Positions 39,526 through 49,669 of a stretch of DNA of 64,000 nucleotides are shown in pieces (within the stretch, counting starts at the first letter, position 1; every line of letters begins with the position of its first letter). The stretch lies in IMG/VR virus record IMGVR_UViG_3300047094_002472, one strand, 5' to 3'. The position numbers and the translations under genes are program-made. This DNA comes from a virus. The notes under the pieces were generated by a model. That model saw only the letters and a program-made list of their open reading frames with translations. It had not been told where the DNA came from and did not search any database.

Positions 39526-41626
39526 TTATTGCCATGAAGTTCAGCCACAACCCCCATATTCAACTTAACAAGTTCTGCTACGATTTCGGCCAACTTTTGT
39601 GTTTCATTCAGATAAAGGTAAATCATCTTGTTTCTCCGTTGTGAGCATTTAGCATAACTCACTTATCGGCTTTTGTCAAGAGCCACCTTTAGTTTTTACT
39701 TGACCCACTCATAAAAACCATGACTCATAGCCATTTCAATACTAGCGTCTGGATTTTTTTGTAAATACTTTAGAGCGAACAAAACAACTTCCGGCTCTAA
39801 TCCATAAGGTCTAGCATCTTTCAAAAAAGAATATACAATATCTAGTTCGGTACTAATATCCATTATAATTCCAATTAGATAATATCCGCTTCCATAAAGT
39901 CCATATCCAGATTTAGTTCACTCCAATCTTCCTTGGTAACATTACCAATCACCAAATAATTATCATCCTTAGAATAATCTTGATCTTTATCATATTTGAT
40001 ATAAAAGTCCTCAGACAAACTTGATTTCATCTGGTTAAGATCAGTAACGATCTCTTGAGCCTCTTTATGCCCGATAACATTACTAAAACACTGAATAAGA
40101 CTCATTAGTTGTTCTCCAAAGTGTTATTTAATTGTTCAATAAGATTTTGTACTTCGTTTTCAGTCCAAACATACTCATAGCCATTCTCGTTGCCGTGTTC
40201 AATATCTAGTTGATAACTTTCAAGAGCATCAAGAATAAGGCCAATTTCATGCTTATCAAGATTAATATTCATTTTTTTTCCCAAGTTCTTCACCAGTATG
40301 GTAATCAATAATTGGTTTATTACAACACTCCATCATTTTTTGTAATCGCCACCGTAGACTTTCAGCATCATCCGCGATAGGATATGCTGGCTGTTCGGAT
40401 ATATTAACAATATCTCCACTTTCATCACTATAAACAATATGAATAGAGTAAGTAGTGTCAGTATCTCCAAGAGGAATTTTAGTTACAGTTTTTACTACGC
40501 GATAATTCCAAGACATTACTTATTCTCCAATAATTATTAAAATAAATCCCCATATCCATTCCACCAATCATAAATTCGTATACAAGCCATGTATCCTAGT
40601 ATACCAAACAATACAAGTCCAGCCATTATTTATTCTCCAAAATCATCGTTCCATCCTTGAGATGATAATACTAAAAGCAATCGACATAATTAGTCCCACA
40701 AGACTACCACCACACCATGCTCCTAAAGTCCAGATAATTGCCTCTCTACTAATCATTGTTATTCTTCAACTATAAATATTTGTTTTCTTTAAGAAACTTA
40801 TACAGATTGTCTATCTTAGATTTATCCACTCTAATTTCTTGTGGATCATGGCTGTTATAACTAAAAATTCTAACTAAATAGGGATTATTCTTGAGAATAG
40901 GGTTGTAGTGAATTTCTATCAGATCATACTCTAGTTCAATTACTCTGATTTTTGTCATTGTCTAGGATGGTATAAATAAAATCGGCTAACCCCTTTAGTT
41001 CCTCCCTAGTCATAGGAGGATTAACAACATTCTTTGTTGGCCCAAATATAAGTCCAAACTCATACTTGGTTAAATTATCAGTAAATCCCCCAAACATATC
41101 TTGAATGATATGAAAGTTTAGATAGTCGCTAGAGTAGGTAAATTTTTTCATCACTTTGATTTGGTCAAATTTTTCAAAATACCCAAATACCTCTCAGCAT
41201 CACTCTTAGTATCAAAGACCGTAACAATAGACGATCCGCTGCTACTAGGAAGATTGATAGGTTGACCATTTTTAGTCACCACAAACTTACCATTCTGCTC
41301 AATCACGCCATAACTAGTCATTAACATTCTCCTTATTATAAGACCTACTAATTCTAAGATAATGAACAATCTCATTAGCCACATTACTCACACAACCATC
41401 ATAATGATAATGGGCCACCATCATATTATAAATGGTTTGCTTTTCATCTTCATTTAGCCCCTCAAACTCTGAGTCGCCATATTCAGCATCAATATAGTCC
41501 GCAACACTAAGAGCATATTTGTGGAAACTGTCGGAATTTGATTCTTTGTTCATTTGTGGGTTATGGTTGAATTTGTGGGTTTCGGTGTATTGTACCATAA
41601 GGCTATCGACAGTCAAGGAGAAAATC

Positions 41627-42250
41627 ATGAGTAAAACGACAAAAAATTGCTTAGATTGTGACAAAAAGTTGGTAGATGTTGGAAATGCTAAAAAGCGTTG
41701 TGATTCTTGTCAAGAAAAATATCGTAAATTATATTTCAGAATAAGAGAAAAAGACCCGAAAAGGAAAGAACAACATAAACAAAGTATTGCAAAATTTCGT
41801 AAAAACAATCCCGATAAAATAAAAGAATATGGGAAAAAATACAGAAATGGAAAAAATAGAAAATACTATTTAGAGAATAAAAGAAAATCTCACAAAGAAT
41901 ACTATCATAATAATACTCAATATAAATTAGGTCATTTATTAAGAGTACGACTTTGGCAATCTATCAAAAAATCAGACCTTAGAACAGAGAAATCTACTAT
42001 AGAACTATTAGGGTGTTCAAAAGAAGAATTTATGCAGTATCTTGAGACCAAATTCAGTGAGGGCATGAATTGGGATAATTGGTCATTAAATGGTTGGCAC
42101 ATTGACCACATTCGCCCCATATCTTCGTTCGATCTTTCTGATCCTGAGCAAGTTAAGGAATGTTTTCATTACTCCAATTTACAGCCCTTATGGGCTATTG
42201 ATAATCTCAAAAAATCAGATTTGTGGGACACAGGCCCGAACAATATCTAA
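41627..42250 (+). CDS. HNH homing endonuclease inserted against the local gene orientation
   Basis: LLGCS, GMNWDN, WHIDHIRP, CFHYSNLQPLWA.DN..K; SD AAGGAG. Confidence 0.85.
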   Translation: MSKTTKNCLDCDKKLVDVGNAKKRCDSCQEKYRKLYFRIREKDPKRKEQHKQSIAKFRKNNPDKIKEYGKKYRNGKNRKYYLENKRKSHKEYYHNNTQYKLGHLLRVRLWQSIKKSDLRTEKSTIELLGCSKEEFMQYLETKFSEGMNWDNWSLNGWHIDHIRPISSFDLSDPEQVKECFHYSNLQPLWAIDNLKKSDLWDTGPNNI

Positions 42251-43358
42251 TTATTTTGATTTCTGTGGGATTTCATCCTCATTTGCCATAAAAGGTTATT
42301 TGATTAATGTTTTCTGTGGGTTGTTTACCACTTATATGACGTAATAGAATATGAGCATTATTGATTTGAAAGCCGGGATTGGTCTTTTTTCCATCAATAT
42401 AAGACTGAATTATGGAGGCTAAAAGTTCCAGTTCCTTATCGGTTAGTAGAATCTGTTTATACATCATTTTCCCGACAAATACCTAAAACCTCCTCTTACC
42501 ATCCATACCAGTATACAACCTATCCATAGGGTTGTCAATAGAGAGTATCGACCATTCGTAATCTTTGACTTTAGCCCTTTTCTTCACCGTATTAGATTAC
42601 CGGCAAAAGCAATAAGTTAAAATGCGTTCATTTTTATGAAATATAGATAAGAAAAACGCTATAAAAGCCAACATTACCCTTAACGTGGGAAATGCAAAGT
42701 GAAAAAGTGATAGGTTTTATGGGGTGTAGAATAAAGAAAAAACAAAAAGTCTCACAGCAATCATAAGAAACAAGGTACTTGCTCCTACAAAAACTATGCT
42801 TCTATATGTTTTGGTACTAATTTCTTCAATTTTTTCCATGTCCATAAAAATGCTACTTATGAGATGTGGGGTCTTTTATTTTAGCAGAGTGAAAATAGTA
42901 TGTGGTGAAAACTATAAGTGGCCAACTAAAAGCGCAAAATAAAATAGCCAATATTTGTAGAGTTGTCATGAGTTGTTGAAACATTTGAGTATGTTGTATA
43001 GGACTATGGATGCTATTACTATTCCCAAAATTGATATGATTATTCTTGTGGGATCATCATGCACAAATGTGGGGCAGAGTGGGCGTTTAACTATAGAGGG
43101 GATTTGACCAATTATATTTATCATAATTAAAAAAAGAAATCATATATTCTTTGTAGAAGAGTCTTGGGTGTTGATGATTCAAAAGATACAACTGGTTCTG
43201 GACTATCTATTACATTAGTCTTCTTTGTACAAACCCTCTTACATTTCTTTGCACAAACTTTCTTAACTGCTTTTTTCTTTGCCATAACTTATTCCTTGTA
43301 AAAAACTCGCTGACTATAACACTAAAAACCGAATCTGGGGGTTAAGGTGAGACAATTT

Positions 43359-44213
43359 TTATAGGCTCAACTTTTTTGCTTCCTCTAATAGTTCGTCTAT
43401 TCTGCCCGGGATCTTATCCTTAAAGTGATCATAAGCAGATTTAACCATTTCATGATTTGGGTCTTTGGTAATTTCTAACCACCCAACAAAATAATTAAAA
43501 ACTCTGTGCTCTGTTAAGAGTGGATACTTAACCCCGTCTGGTCTGCCAAATCTATGAACCCACTTAAGTTGTGGTATACATATAGCCTTGCCTCCGGCTC
43601 TCCTAAACTTCTCATGAATATATCCTTCTTCTCCACCGAACCCTCTAAAGTGTTCATTAAATCCAAGCCAGTTTTTGGTTTCACATGAGAATAATCCCAG
43701 GCCCATCATTGGAATTTCAAAAGGTTGGCCACTATTATAGCCTTGTTGATTAGTATCCCAAGTTCCATACATATTATCTCTCCACACCGGAGAAAATTCT
43801 GTGGAGAAATTTTTCAGATCATCATACCATAAAGGTCCCTGGACTATATCCTTACAATCTGGATTATTGCTAAAATATTCTAATAATTTATCTATTCCGC
43901 CAGACCTAATCATTACGTGACAATCAATAGAGATGGTATACTTGCCAGTTGCATTTCTAAAGATTTCATTTCTAACAGCGGTACTGGTTTTATTCTTATA
44001 AGGAATATATTTTGCTGTATGACCAACCCACCCTCTAACAAGATCATGAACTGCTTTGCCATGAGCACCATCGGGATTATTATCTATAACTAAAAATTCC
44101 ACCCGATCTGTTGAACAGATATGGTGGTACATTCTTAGTGCTTGAAGGCTAAAATAAACCCCATGAAAATCATCATAGGTTGCCATGCCGATTGTTAGAA
44201 GTTTGTTGCTCAT
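43359..44213 (-). CDS. GT2-like glycosyltransferase
   Basis: LTIGMATY, VIDNN, RNE....ATG, IDCH, GFGGEE. Confidence 0.85.
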   Translation of the reverse strand: MSNKLLTIGMATYDDFHGVYFSLQALRMYHHICSTDRVEFLVIDNNPDGAHGKAVHDLVRGWVGHTAKYIPYKNKTSTAVRNEIFRNATGKYTISIDCHVMIRSGGIDKLLEYFSNNPDCKDIVQGPLWYDDLKNFSTEFSPVWRDNMYGTWDTNQQGYNSGQPFEIPMMGLGLFSCETKNWLGFNEHFRGFGGEEGYIHEKFRRAGGKAICIPQLKWVHRFGRPDGVKYPLLTEHRVFNYFVGWLEITKDPNHEMVKSAYDHFKDKIPGRIDELLEEAKKLSL

Positions 44214-44312
44214 ATTCCATAATAAACAACAAATCATTCATGGCAAGTTCGCTGACCACCAAAACCCGCTGACTACGACCACTAAAACCAATCTTATTAT
44301 ATTAGCTGAAAC

Positions 44313-44340
44313 AAAAAACCCCCGAGTTTGTTCGGGGGAG
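44313..44340 (-). terminator. Intrinsic terminator
   Basis: CCCCCGA-ACAAAC-TCGGGGG followed by TTTTTT. Confidence 0.8.
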
Positions 44341-44350
44341 TTCTTCTTTA

Positions 44351-44593
44351 TCACATATTTAAAAAGAATTCAGTATCTGGTTTTTTCCATCTATGAATCT
44401 TTGGTAGCTTTGTCATCTTAGTTATCCTGCCCCGATTATCTTTGTGTTGAGCAGAAATAAAGAAGTGGTTGTCATCGGAGTTATCTTTATAAGTCCAATT
44501 ATAATTTTTGATAATATCTTCGGGTTTTGTTTCACGATCATAGATTTCTCCTTCAACATGAAACGTTAATACCCTATTAAATAATCTAGGCAT
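44351..44593 (-). CDS. Hypothetical protein
   Basis: SD GGAGGT. Confidence 0.6.
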   Translation of the reverse strand: MPRLFNRVLTFHVEGEIYDRETKPEDIIKNYNWTYKDNSDDNHFFISAQHKDNRGRITKMTKLPKIHRWKKPDTEFFLNM

Positions 44594-44816
44594 TTGACAC
44601 CTCCTCTACTATTTCTTCGATATAAATATCGGATAAGAGTTGTGGGTCGTGTCTAGCTATTTCATTTTCTAGTTCATCATTTGTTAGTTGCAATTTTTCA
44701 GCCAACAAATAATCTTTTAGTCTTGCTTTAATATCTAGAAAATGCATGCCCCCTACAATATCATCAACATATCTTTCTATAACATAATTCCTATTAAAAC
44801 TATCAATCTTATACAT
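44586..44816 (-). CDS. Hypothetical protein (paralog of 46033-46224)
   Basis: NR..I..Y...I...M...LENEI....P..L. Confidence 0.65.
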   Translation of the reverse strand: MYKIDSFNRNYVIERYVDDIVGGMHFLDIKARLKDYLLAEKLQLTNDELENEIARHDPQLLSDIYIEEIVEEVSNA

Positions 44817-44965
44817 AACTCACCTCATGGTAAAAGTAATAAATACATTTGCCCATGATTCCATCGGCCCATCATTTTCACGAGTGGCCTTTGGCCCCGT
44901 TGACTTTCCCATTTTACCACAGGTCAACAGTTTGTCCATCAACTTTTTAGAGTGTTCTTATAAAC

Positions 44966-45003
44966 TCGCTGACTATCGCCAAGACCGCAAATCCGTAGGA
45001 TTA
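44966..45003. repeat. Dispersed bipartite repeat TCGCTGACTA-N13-14-AAATCCGTAGGATTA (also 46262, 54147; degenerate 43307, 44249-44275)
   Basis: Direct sequence comparison. Confidence 0.8.
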
Positions 45004-45021
45004 GGAATAACATATTCTAAC

Positions 45022-45519
45022 CTATTTTAACTGTGGTCTATAGTAAATAATTTTACCAAAAACTAAGTCCCTAGGATTACAATAACCACGAATAACATAT
45101 CTTTTTCCGGCCCAGTTTTGATGTAGCATGGTTATCTGTCCGCGATAAACACTCTCGACTATTGCATAATGATTTGCTCCTGTGCGTGCGTATATTCTGC
45201 CACGACTAGCGAATGTAGCAGATTCAAAGGCGATAATGTCACCGGGCCTTAATTCATTAAGACTCACTACTCTGCCAAAAACTGTAGTTCTATAACTTCC
45301 TCGAGGCCCCGGAAATCTACCTCCAGCGTAGAACAAAGCGTCCCTAGGAAAAACCCAGCAATTACCATTATTAATACTTCTACCAATACTATTATTAGCA
45401 AAAGATAGTACTCTATTATTTAGAGACCAAGAGTCCTGTGCATGGCACAGGCTTGGAGAAATAGACAAGCAACAAATAGTGAATACAATAACCTTAGACC
45501 ATATTTTTTGTACCTGCAT
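45022..45519 (-). CDS. Secreted CHAP/NlpC-P60-like cysteine amidase
   Basis: Signal peptide; GNCW, RPGDII.F, HYAIV, HQN. Confidence 0.7.
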   Translation of the reverse strand: MQVQKIWSKVIVFTICCLSISPSLCHAQDSWSLNNRVLSFANNSIGRSINNGNCWVFPRDALFYAGGRFPGPRGSYRTTVFGRVVSLNELRPGDIIAFESATFASRGRIYARTGANHYAIVESVYRGQITMLHQNWAGKRYVIRGYCNPRDLVFGKIIYYRPQLK

Positions 45520-46032
45520 TATTATGTCCTTCCTAGTCTTCCTTAATCAAGACAGACTCTAATGTTTTATTTAGATCATAAACATTCTCATTAGTAATTA
45601 AATCATTAACGGTAACTTGACAATGTGTTGGCTCATGGTATACTTTATTAGATAATTCCACAGACCAACTACCATTAATCCAAACGTAAAAATACAAGAT
45701 AGCTTCGATTGGTTTAATCATGCTTGCTCCCTTGACAAATTGAACCTGTGTTATAATATTATGCAGGTCCGGGGATGTTATATATCTCTTATACAAACAC
45801 TAACAAATCTCTACTTGACCCAGTACCCACCCAGACTATGATAGCTTGTTGGCTACCTTGCCATAGCCATATTGCCGTGAACCAGACCAACAATCATACT
45901 AACAAGAATAATAATAGTAATAAAATCACCTAATGGGTTGAGAGGATTGACCGGACAAGAGACACAAGTATACCACAGTTATCGGTTGCCGCAAGTCCTT
46001 GACTATAAAGGATTTACATCAACCCTGCACAA

Positions 46033-46224
46033 TCAATCTTCCAGAATCTCAGGGTAATATTCTTTAATCTCATTTTCCAAAGGCTCATTATCCATAAGAC
46101 TCTTACTCTCCACCAACTGTTCATAAGCAAAACTATATAGAGTATCAAAGTCCATATGATCCAAGATGTTAGAAGCATAGACCCGAATAATATCTTCTCT
46201 ATTTTTATCCGTAACAGTCACCAT
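46033..46224 (-). CDS. Hypothetical protein (paralog of 44586-44816)
   Basis: SD AGGAG. Confidence 0.65.
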   Translation of the reverse strand: MVTVTDKNREDIIRVYASNILDHMDFDTLYSFAYEQLVESKSLMDNEPLENEIKEYYPEILED

Positions 46225-46469
46225 TTCTTTTCTCCTGCTAAATTAATTGACCCCTAGAAATTCGCTGACTATCGCCACGACCGCCAAATCCGTAGGATTA
46301 CATTGGACAATCAAGGGGTGGACTTAAATAGACTTAGAATTATACCAGTAGACATAACTCTAAATCTTTCTTATCCTAAACCCTTACCATTACTAGCCTT
46401 ACACCCCATTGTATCGTCACTTAGGGCAGTTGTCCATGACGTAAGTTGAGATTCTTTGAAAAAATTTGC

Positions 46470-46551
46470 CGTAACCCCTTACCAGCATTAAACTTACGAC
46501 TAATTTTCGGGGCCCGGCTTGCCCTAAGTCCTTACGTATTAAAGAGTTACG
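46470..46551. repeat. 82-bp double-palindrome module, copy 1
   Basis: 29-bp box + 24-bp GC-rich spacer + 29-bp box. Confidence 0.85.
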
Positions 46552-46570
46552 TCTAGTGGTCAATGAATTA

Positions 46571-46607
46571 AAAGAAAAGGCCGCAGCCGGTTTCCCAGCC
46601 ACGGCCC
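46571..46607 (-). terminator. Intrinsic terminator after the DUF932 gene
   Basis: GGCCGTGGCTGG-GAAA-CCGGCTGCGGCC followed by TTTTCTTT. Confidence 0.85.
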
Positions 46608-46634
46608 TTCCCCTTTTCATCGTGACACGAAAAG

Positions 46635-47585
46635 TTAGATAGCGTTCGCAAACTCCAGAGCAGTCGTTAACGCCTTGCTGTTATCGTTCGCGTTCTGACC
46701 GAACCAGAGCGAATCGAGCCGGTTATCGGTCGTGCGACCCTTGTTATAGTTAAGGTATTCATTGTAGCCGTTATAAGCAGCCCACCAAGTACCCCTAACA
46801 CCCGTTGCTGATTGCTTCGGCCCTTCGACCAGAGCAAGAATCTCGTCCATGATATTTCTGGTGCGAGTCTTAACATCTTCGTCGGGCGTACCTTCGATGC
46901 CCAGCATCGACTTAACATATCGACGAATATCACCCTGATTAAAGTTCTTGCTAGCGAGGAACCGAAACTGTTCCGCAGTAGCCTCGAACTGGACATTGAT
47001 ATTATCCATAATATCTCGAACCTGTTCCAGATTCTTCTGGCTGGAGCGAGTGTGTCGAATCCGAATCAACTGCGAACCGCTACCCTTGCTATGGGCCATT
47101 GCCATCGTGTTAGCACACACAACACGAATCGGGGTGTAGCCGACGCGAATTGCAGTTGTACCATCATGGCTGTTAGACAGAAGGATAAACTTGGAAACCT
47201 CATCACCCTTCACGATCTCGCTATTGTCGCGGTTGAGTTGAGCGAGAACCCACACCTTTTGACCGCTATGGAGCGATCCGGCAGTATGAAGTTGGCACTC
47301 GTTAGCATCAAGAAACGGCTGAAACCAATCGAAAGCATCGCTGTTTTGCAGCGGAGTATATCGCGGGCCAACAACACCCAAGATAGAGTTGTCGGTTTTG
47401 CGATAGGTTGCACGAGCCGGAACCGGAGTACCTTCGCTCGTAAACAAATCCTTAAGACCAACCTCCCAGTCCAGACCAGCGGCGGTAATTGCCTCGCTAA
47501 TCGTGGGAGCCTCATCCAACTGATTGCCAAGACCATGCCACGGAGTAGCACCAACAAACATCATCTGTTCAACTGCATGAGCCAT
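46635..47585 (-). CDS. DUF932 phage/plasmid-like protein
   Basis: PWHGLG, AGLDWEV, YTPLQN, LSNSHDG, TPIRVVCANT, GTWWAAYN. Confidence 0.9.
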   Translation of the reverse strand: MAHAVEQMMFVGATPWHGLGNQLDEAPTISEAITAAGLDWEVGLKDLFTSEGTPVPARATYRKTDNSILGVVGPRYTPLQNSDAFDWFQPFLDANECQLHTAGSLHSGQKVWVLAQLNRDNSEIVKGDEVSKFILLSNSHDGTTAIRVGYTPIRVVCANTMAMAHSKGSGSQLIRIRHTRSSQKNLEQVRDIMDNINVQFEATAEQFRFLASKNFNQGDIRRYVKSMLGIEGTPDEDVKTRTRNIMDEILALVEGPKQSATGVRGTWWAAYNGYNEYLNYNKGRTTDNRLDSLWFGQNANDNSKALTTALEFANAI

Positions 47586-47628
47586 CTCATTAACCTTTCG
47601 TGTTATCGTACTTCGTTCAACTCCACCT

Positions 47629-47669
47629 ATTCTACAGTATGTTATCGGCTTGTCAATAGGAAATCTTGC
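47629..47669 (-). promoter_or_regulatory. Composite sigma70 / sigma28-like promoter
   Basis: TTGACA-16-TAGAAT with GCAAG-15-GCCGATAA. Confidence 0.7.
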
Positions 47670-47685
47670 GAAAAAATTTTCTCGT

Positions 47686-47767
47686 CGCAAGGTGTTGATA
47701 CGTAAGGAGTTACGTCACGCGGGGCCGCCCCGCCTCGCCCTAAGTTCTTGGCGGGCCTGGATTTAAG
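47686..47767. repeat. 82-bp module, copy 2 (right box degenerate, overlaps the PRTase stop)
   Basis: Same 29-24-29 geometry. Confidence 0.8.
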
Positions 47768-48246
47768 AACAGTGTGCCAAAGTCACGTTCAAAAAGTTTA
47801 GCGTTCTCGGTGTTGTACGCACACTCATCTGGCATATAACAATAAACGCCAACACACCTAGATTTAGGGCATTCTTCGTAGATAGTATTCTTAATAAATT
47901 TTATAGTAGAACCAGAGCAAACCAGATCATCAACAATAACGTACCTAAAAGGAATCACGCCCTCTATAGCAAAACCACTATATGATTTTGTTTCTGGCTT
48001 TCTAATTACAACAATATGCTTATCTAGCAATTCTGCTATTTGCGGAACAACCATTAGTCCGCTAGTTCCGCAGCAAACGATACTATCAAACTGATTGCTA
48101 ATTCTACGCAGATCGCAAATTGCCTTAATGATAGCCTTATTACGAATCTTATGATTCAATACCATACAGGTGTGGCTAGCACCTTGGATAACCTTACCGT
48201 CTGCCATTACCCTGAAATCGTCTACGTTCTGATTCAGCGTATTCAT
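47740..48246 (-). CDS. Type I phosphoribosyltransferase-like protein
   Basis: GTSG, VIRK, VIVDDLVCSGST (PRPP-binding motif). Confidence 0.8.
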   Translation of the reverse strand: MNTLNQNVDDFRVMADGKVIQGASHTCMVLNHKIRNKAIIKAICDLRRISNQFDSIVCCGTSGLMVVPQIAELLDKHIVVIRKPETKSYSGFAIEGVIPFRYVIVDDLVCSGSTIKFIKNTIYEECPKSRCVGVYCYMPDECAYNTENAKLFERDFGTLFLNPGPPRT

Positions 48247-48249
48247 AAG

Positions 48250-48336
48250 AGTGGATGGTACGATTCGAACGTACTACTTGAGATAAGAAAGAAAGGATTT
48301 ATAGAAAAGAGTCTCGTCCCACCGAGAGGCATCCAC
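48250..48336 (-). ncRNA. tRNA-like element with a large pyrimidine-rich loop in place of the anticodon loop
   Basis: Perfect GTGGATG/CATCCAC acceptor; perfect GTACG-TTCGAAT-CGTAC T-arm; GAGA/TCTC stem with a 28-nt loop. Confidence 0.65.
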
Positions 48337-48340
48337 ATTA

Positions 48341-48529
48341 TTACTCGTCAACAATTTCATCTTCTACATTATTGTAGGAGTTAACCCATTCGTCAACGTC
48401 GTTCTCGTCGTTAACTTCATACAGTTCATCGTCGGTGTAATCTTCTTCCTCCAGAAGATCATCAAACCCACCGCTCATCATATTTTCGTAATCAAACGGA
48501 TAATCTGTTTCTTCGTCATAATAACGCAT
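48341..48529 (-). CDS. Very acidic small protein
   Basis: D/E-rich; SD AAGGAG. Confidence 0.6.
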   Translation of the reverse strand: MRYYDEETDYPFDYENMMSGGFDDLLEEEDYTDDELYEVNDENDVDEWVNSYNNVEDEIVDE

Positions 48530-48578
48530 AGGCTTACTCCTTTCTAGATTCTTATCTTACACCAAAGCGGTCAAACTG

Positions 48579-48992
48579 TCAAGACCCAAGAATTTTTTCA
48601 ATCTCGTAATCAGAAGCAAGATTAATTTTATCTTTTTGATTATTTTTTGGAAATTCTTTTCTTAGGTTAAACAAGGTATTGTTTTCTGTCAGTATATCTG
48701 AGGATACTAGGTACACCTTACCATCCTCTAGATCGTATGCGGCAAAGTAGTCAAACATTGAAGCATCATAATAAAACTGATAGTTTGGGCCACTCTTTTT
48801 TAGAGGTATTTTAATACAACCATCCACCGGTGTTATTGCCTTAGATTGTATTTTTATTAGGTTGCCATCTTTTTCGGCAATAATATCTATTTTAGAAATG
48901 TCTCCTTCTTCTGTGAATACGGAGTACCCCAGTTTAGTTAATGCTAAACCAACACCGAACTGCCCTATATTACCTTTTCTTTTACTGTGCAT
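48579..48992 (-). CDS. PD-(D/E)XK endonuclease (group I intron-associated family-like), free-standing
   Basis: KGNIGQ, GYSV, IDIIAE, KIQSK, FDYFAAY. Confidence 0.8.
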   Translation of the reverse strand: MHSKRKGNIGQFGVGLALTKLGYSVFTEEGDISKIDIIAEKDGNLIKIQSKAITPVDGCIKIPLKKSGPNYQFYYDASMFDYFAAYDLEDGKVYLVSSDILTENNTLFNLRKEFPKNNQKDKINLASDYEIEKILGS

Positions 48993-49050
48993 TATTATCT
49001 CCTAGAGTAGTTTACTAGTAATCTGCTACTCTAGTTATACACCATACTAG

Positions 49051-49123
49051 TGGAGGCGGTGGGACTCGAACCCACGGTTTTCGGTTTAAAAGACCGCTAC
49101 TTTAGCCACTAAGTTACGCCTCC
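49051..49123 (-). tRNA. trnK: tRNA-Lys(TTT)
   Basis: GGAGGCG/CGCCTCC; anticodon loop CTTTTAA. Confidence 0.9.
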
Positions 49124-49361
49124 AAATCGGCCAACCACTGAACCATCTTTTTAGGCTATATTTTCATACTTAAAAGAACACACATCACACCCAGTTTCCC
49201 GATTTAACATATCAAAAGCATCGTTCAGATCAAAATCTTGGGGCAGTTGTAGACGCAATTCATTCTCAAGTTGTCGAGTTGTCTCAACGCCATTCTCAAA
49301 ACAATCAATAACCATATCGTAGAAGCGAACAGTTTTCATATTGGTTTCCTTTCTTTCCAAT

Positions 49362-49403
49362 AGTCTACACTACTGTTATCGGCCTGTCAAGAGCAAAACT
49401 TTA
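49362..49403 (-). promoter_or_regulatory. Composite sigma70 / sigma28-like promoter
   Basis: TTGACA-17-TAGACT overlapped by TAAAGTTT-12-GCCGATAA. Confidence 0.75.
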
Positions 49404-49405
49404 AG

Positions 49406-49476
49406 CAAAGGCGGAAGGAATCGAACCTTCATCTACGGTTTTGGAGACCGTCATTCTACCGTTGAACTACGCCAAT
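49406..49476 (-). tRNA. trnW: tRNA-Trp(CCA), two U.U mismatches in the acceptor stem
   Basis: ACGGT-CTCCAAA-ACCGT; G73. Confidence 0.8.
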
Positions 49477-49502
49477 GTCCGCAACTCTGCGTCAGCCTCC
49501 GA

Positions 49503-49589
49503 CGGAATCTGAGGGATTCGAACCCCCGGAGGATTTTAACCCTCGGCGGTTTAGTAAACCGCTGCCTTAAACCACTCGGCCAAGATTCC
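49503..49589 (-). tRNA. trnS: tRNA-Ser(ACT)
   Basis: GGAATCT/AGATTCC; GCGGT-TTACTAA-ACCGC; long variable arm; G73. Confidence 0.85.
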
Positions 49590-49592
49590 AAA

Positions 49593-49664
49593 CTGCCCGA
49601 CTAGGACTCGAACCTAGAACCTACAAATTAACAGTTTGCCGCACTACCATTGTGCTATCGGGCA
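49593..49664 (-). tRNA. trnN: tRNA-Asn(GTT)
   Basis: TGCCCGA/TCGGGCA; loop CTGTTAA. Confidence 0.9.
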
Positions 49665-49669
49665 AAAAA

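Larger units (their letters stand above)
35210..41553 (-). other. Dense array of more than 20 short co-oriented hypothetical phage ORFs
   Basis: Abutting/overlapping minus-strand ORFs with GGAG-type SD sites; mostly no recognisable function. Confidence 0.7.

Noticed and set aside
46812-47705. 297-aa plus-strand ORF
   Set aside because: Antisense to the well-supported DUF932 gene.
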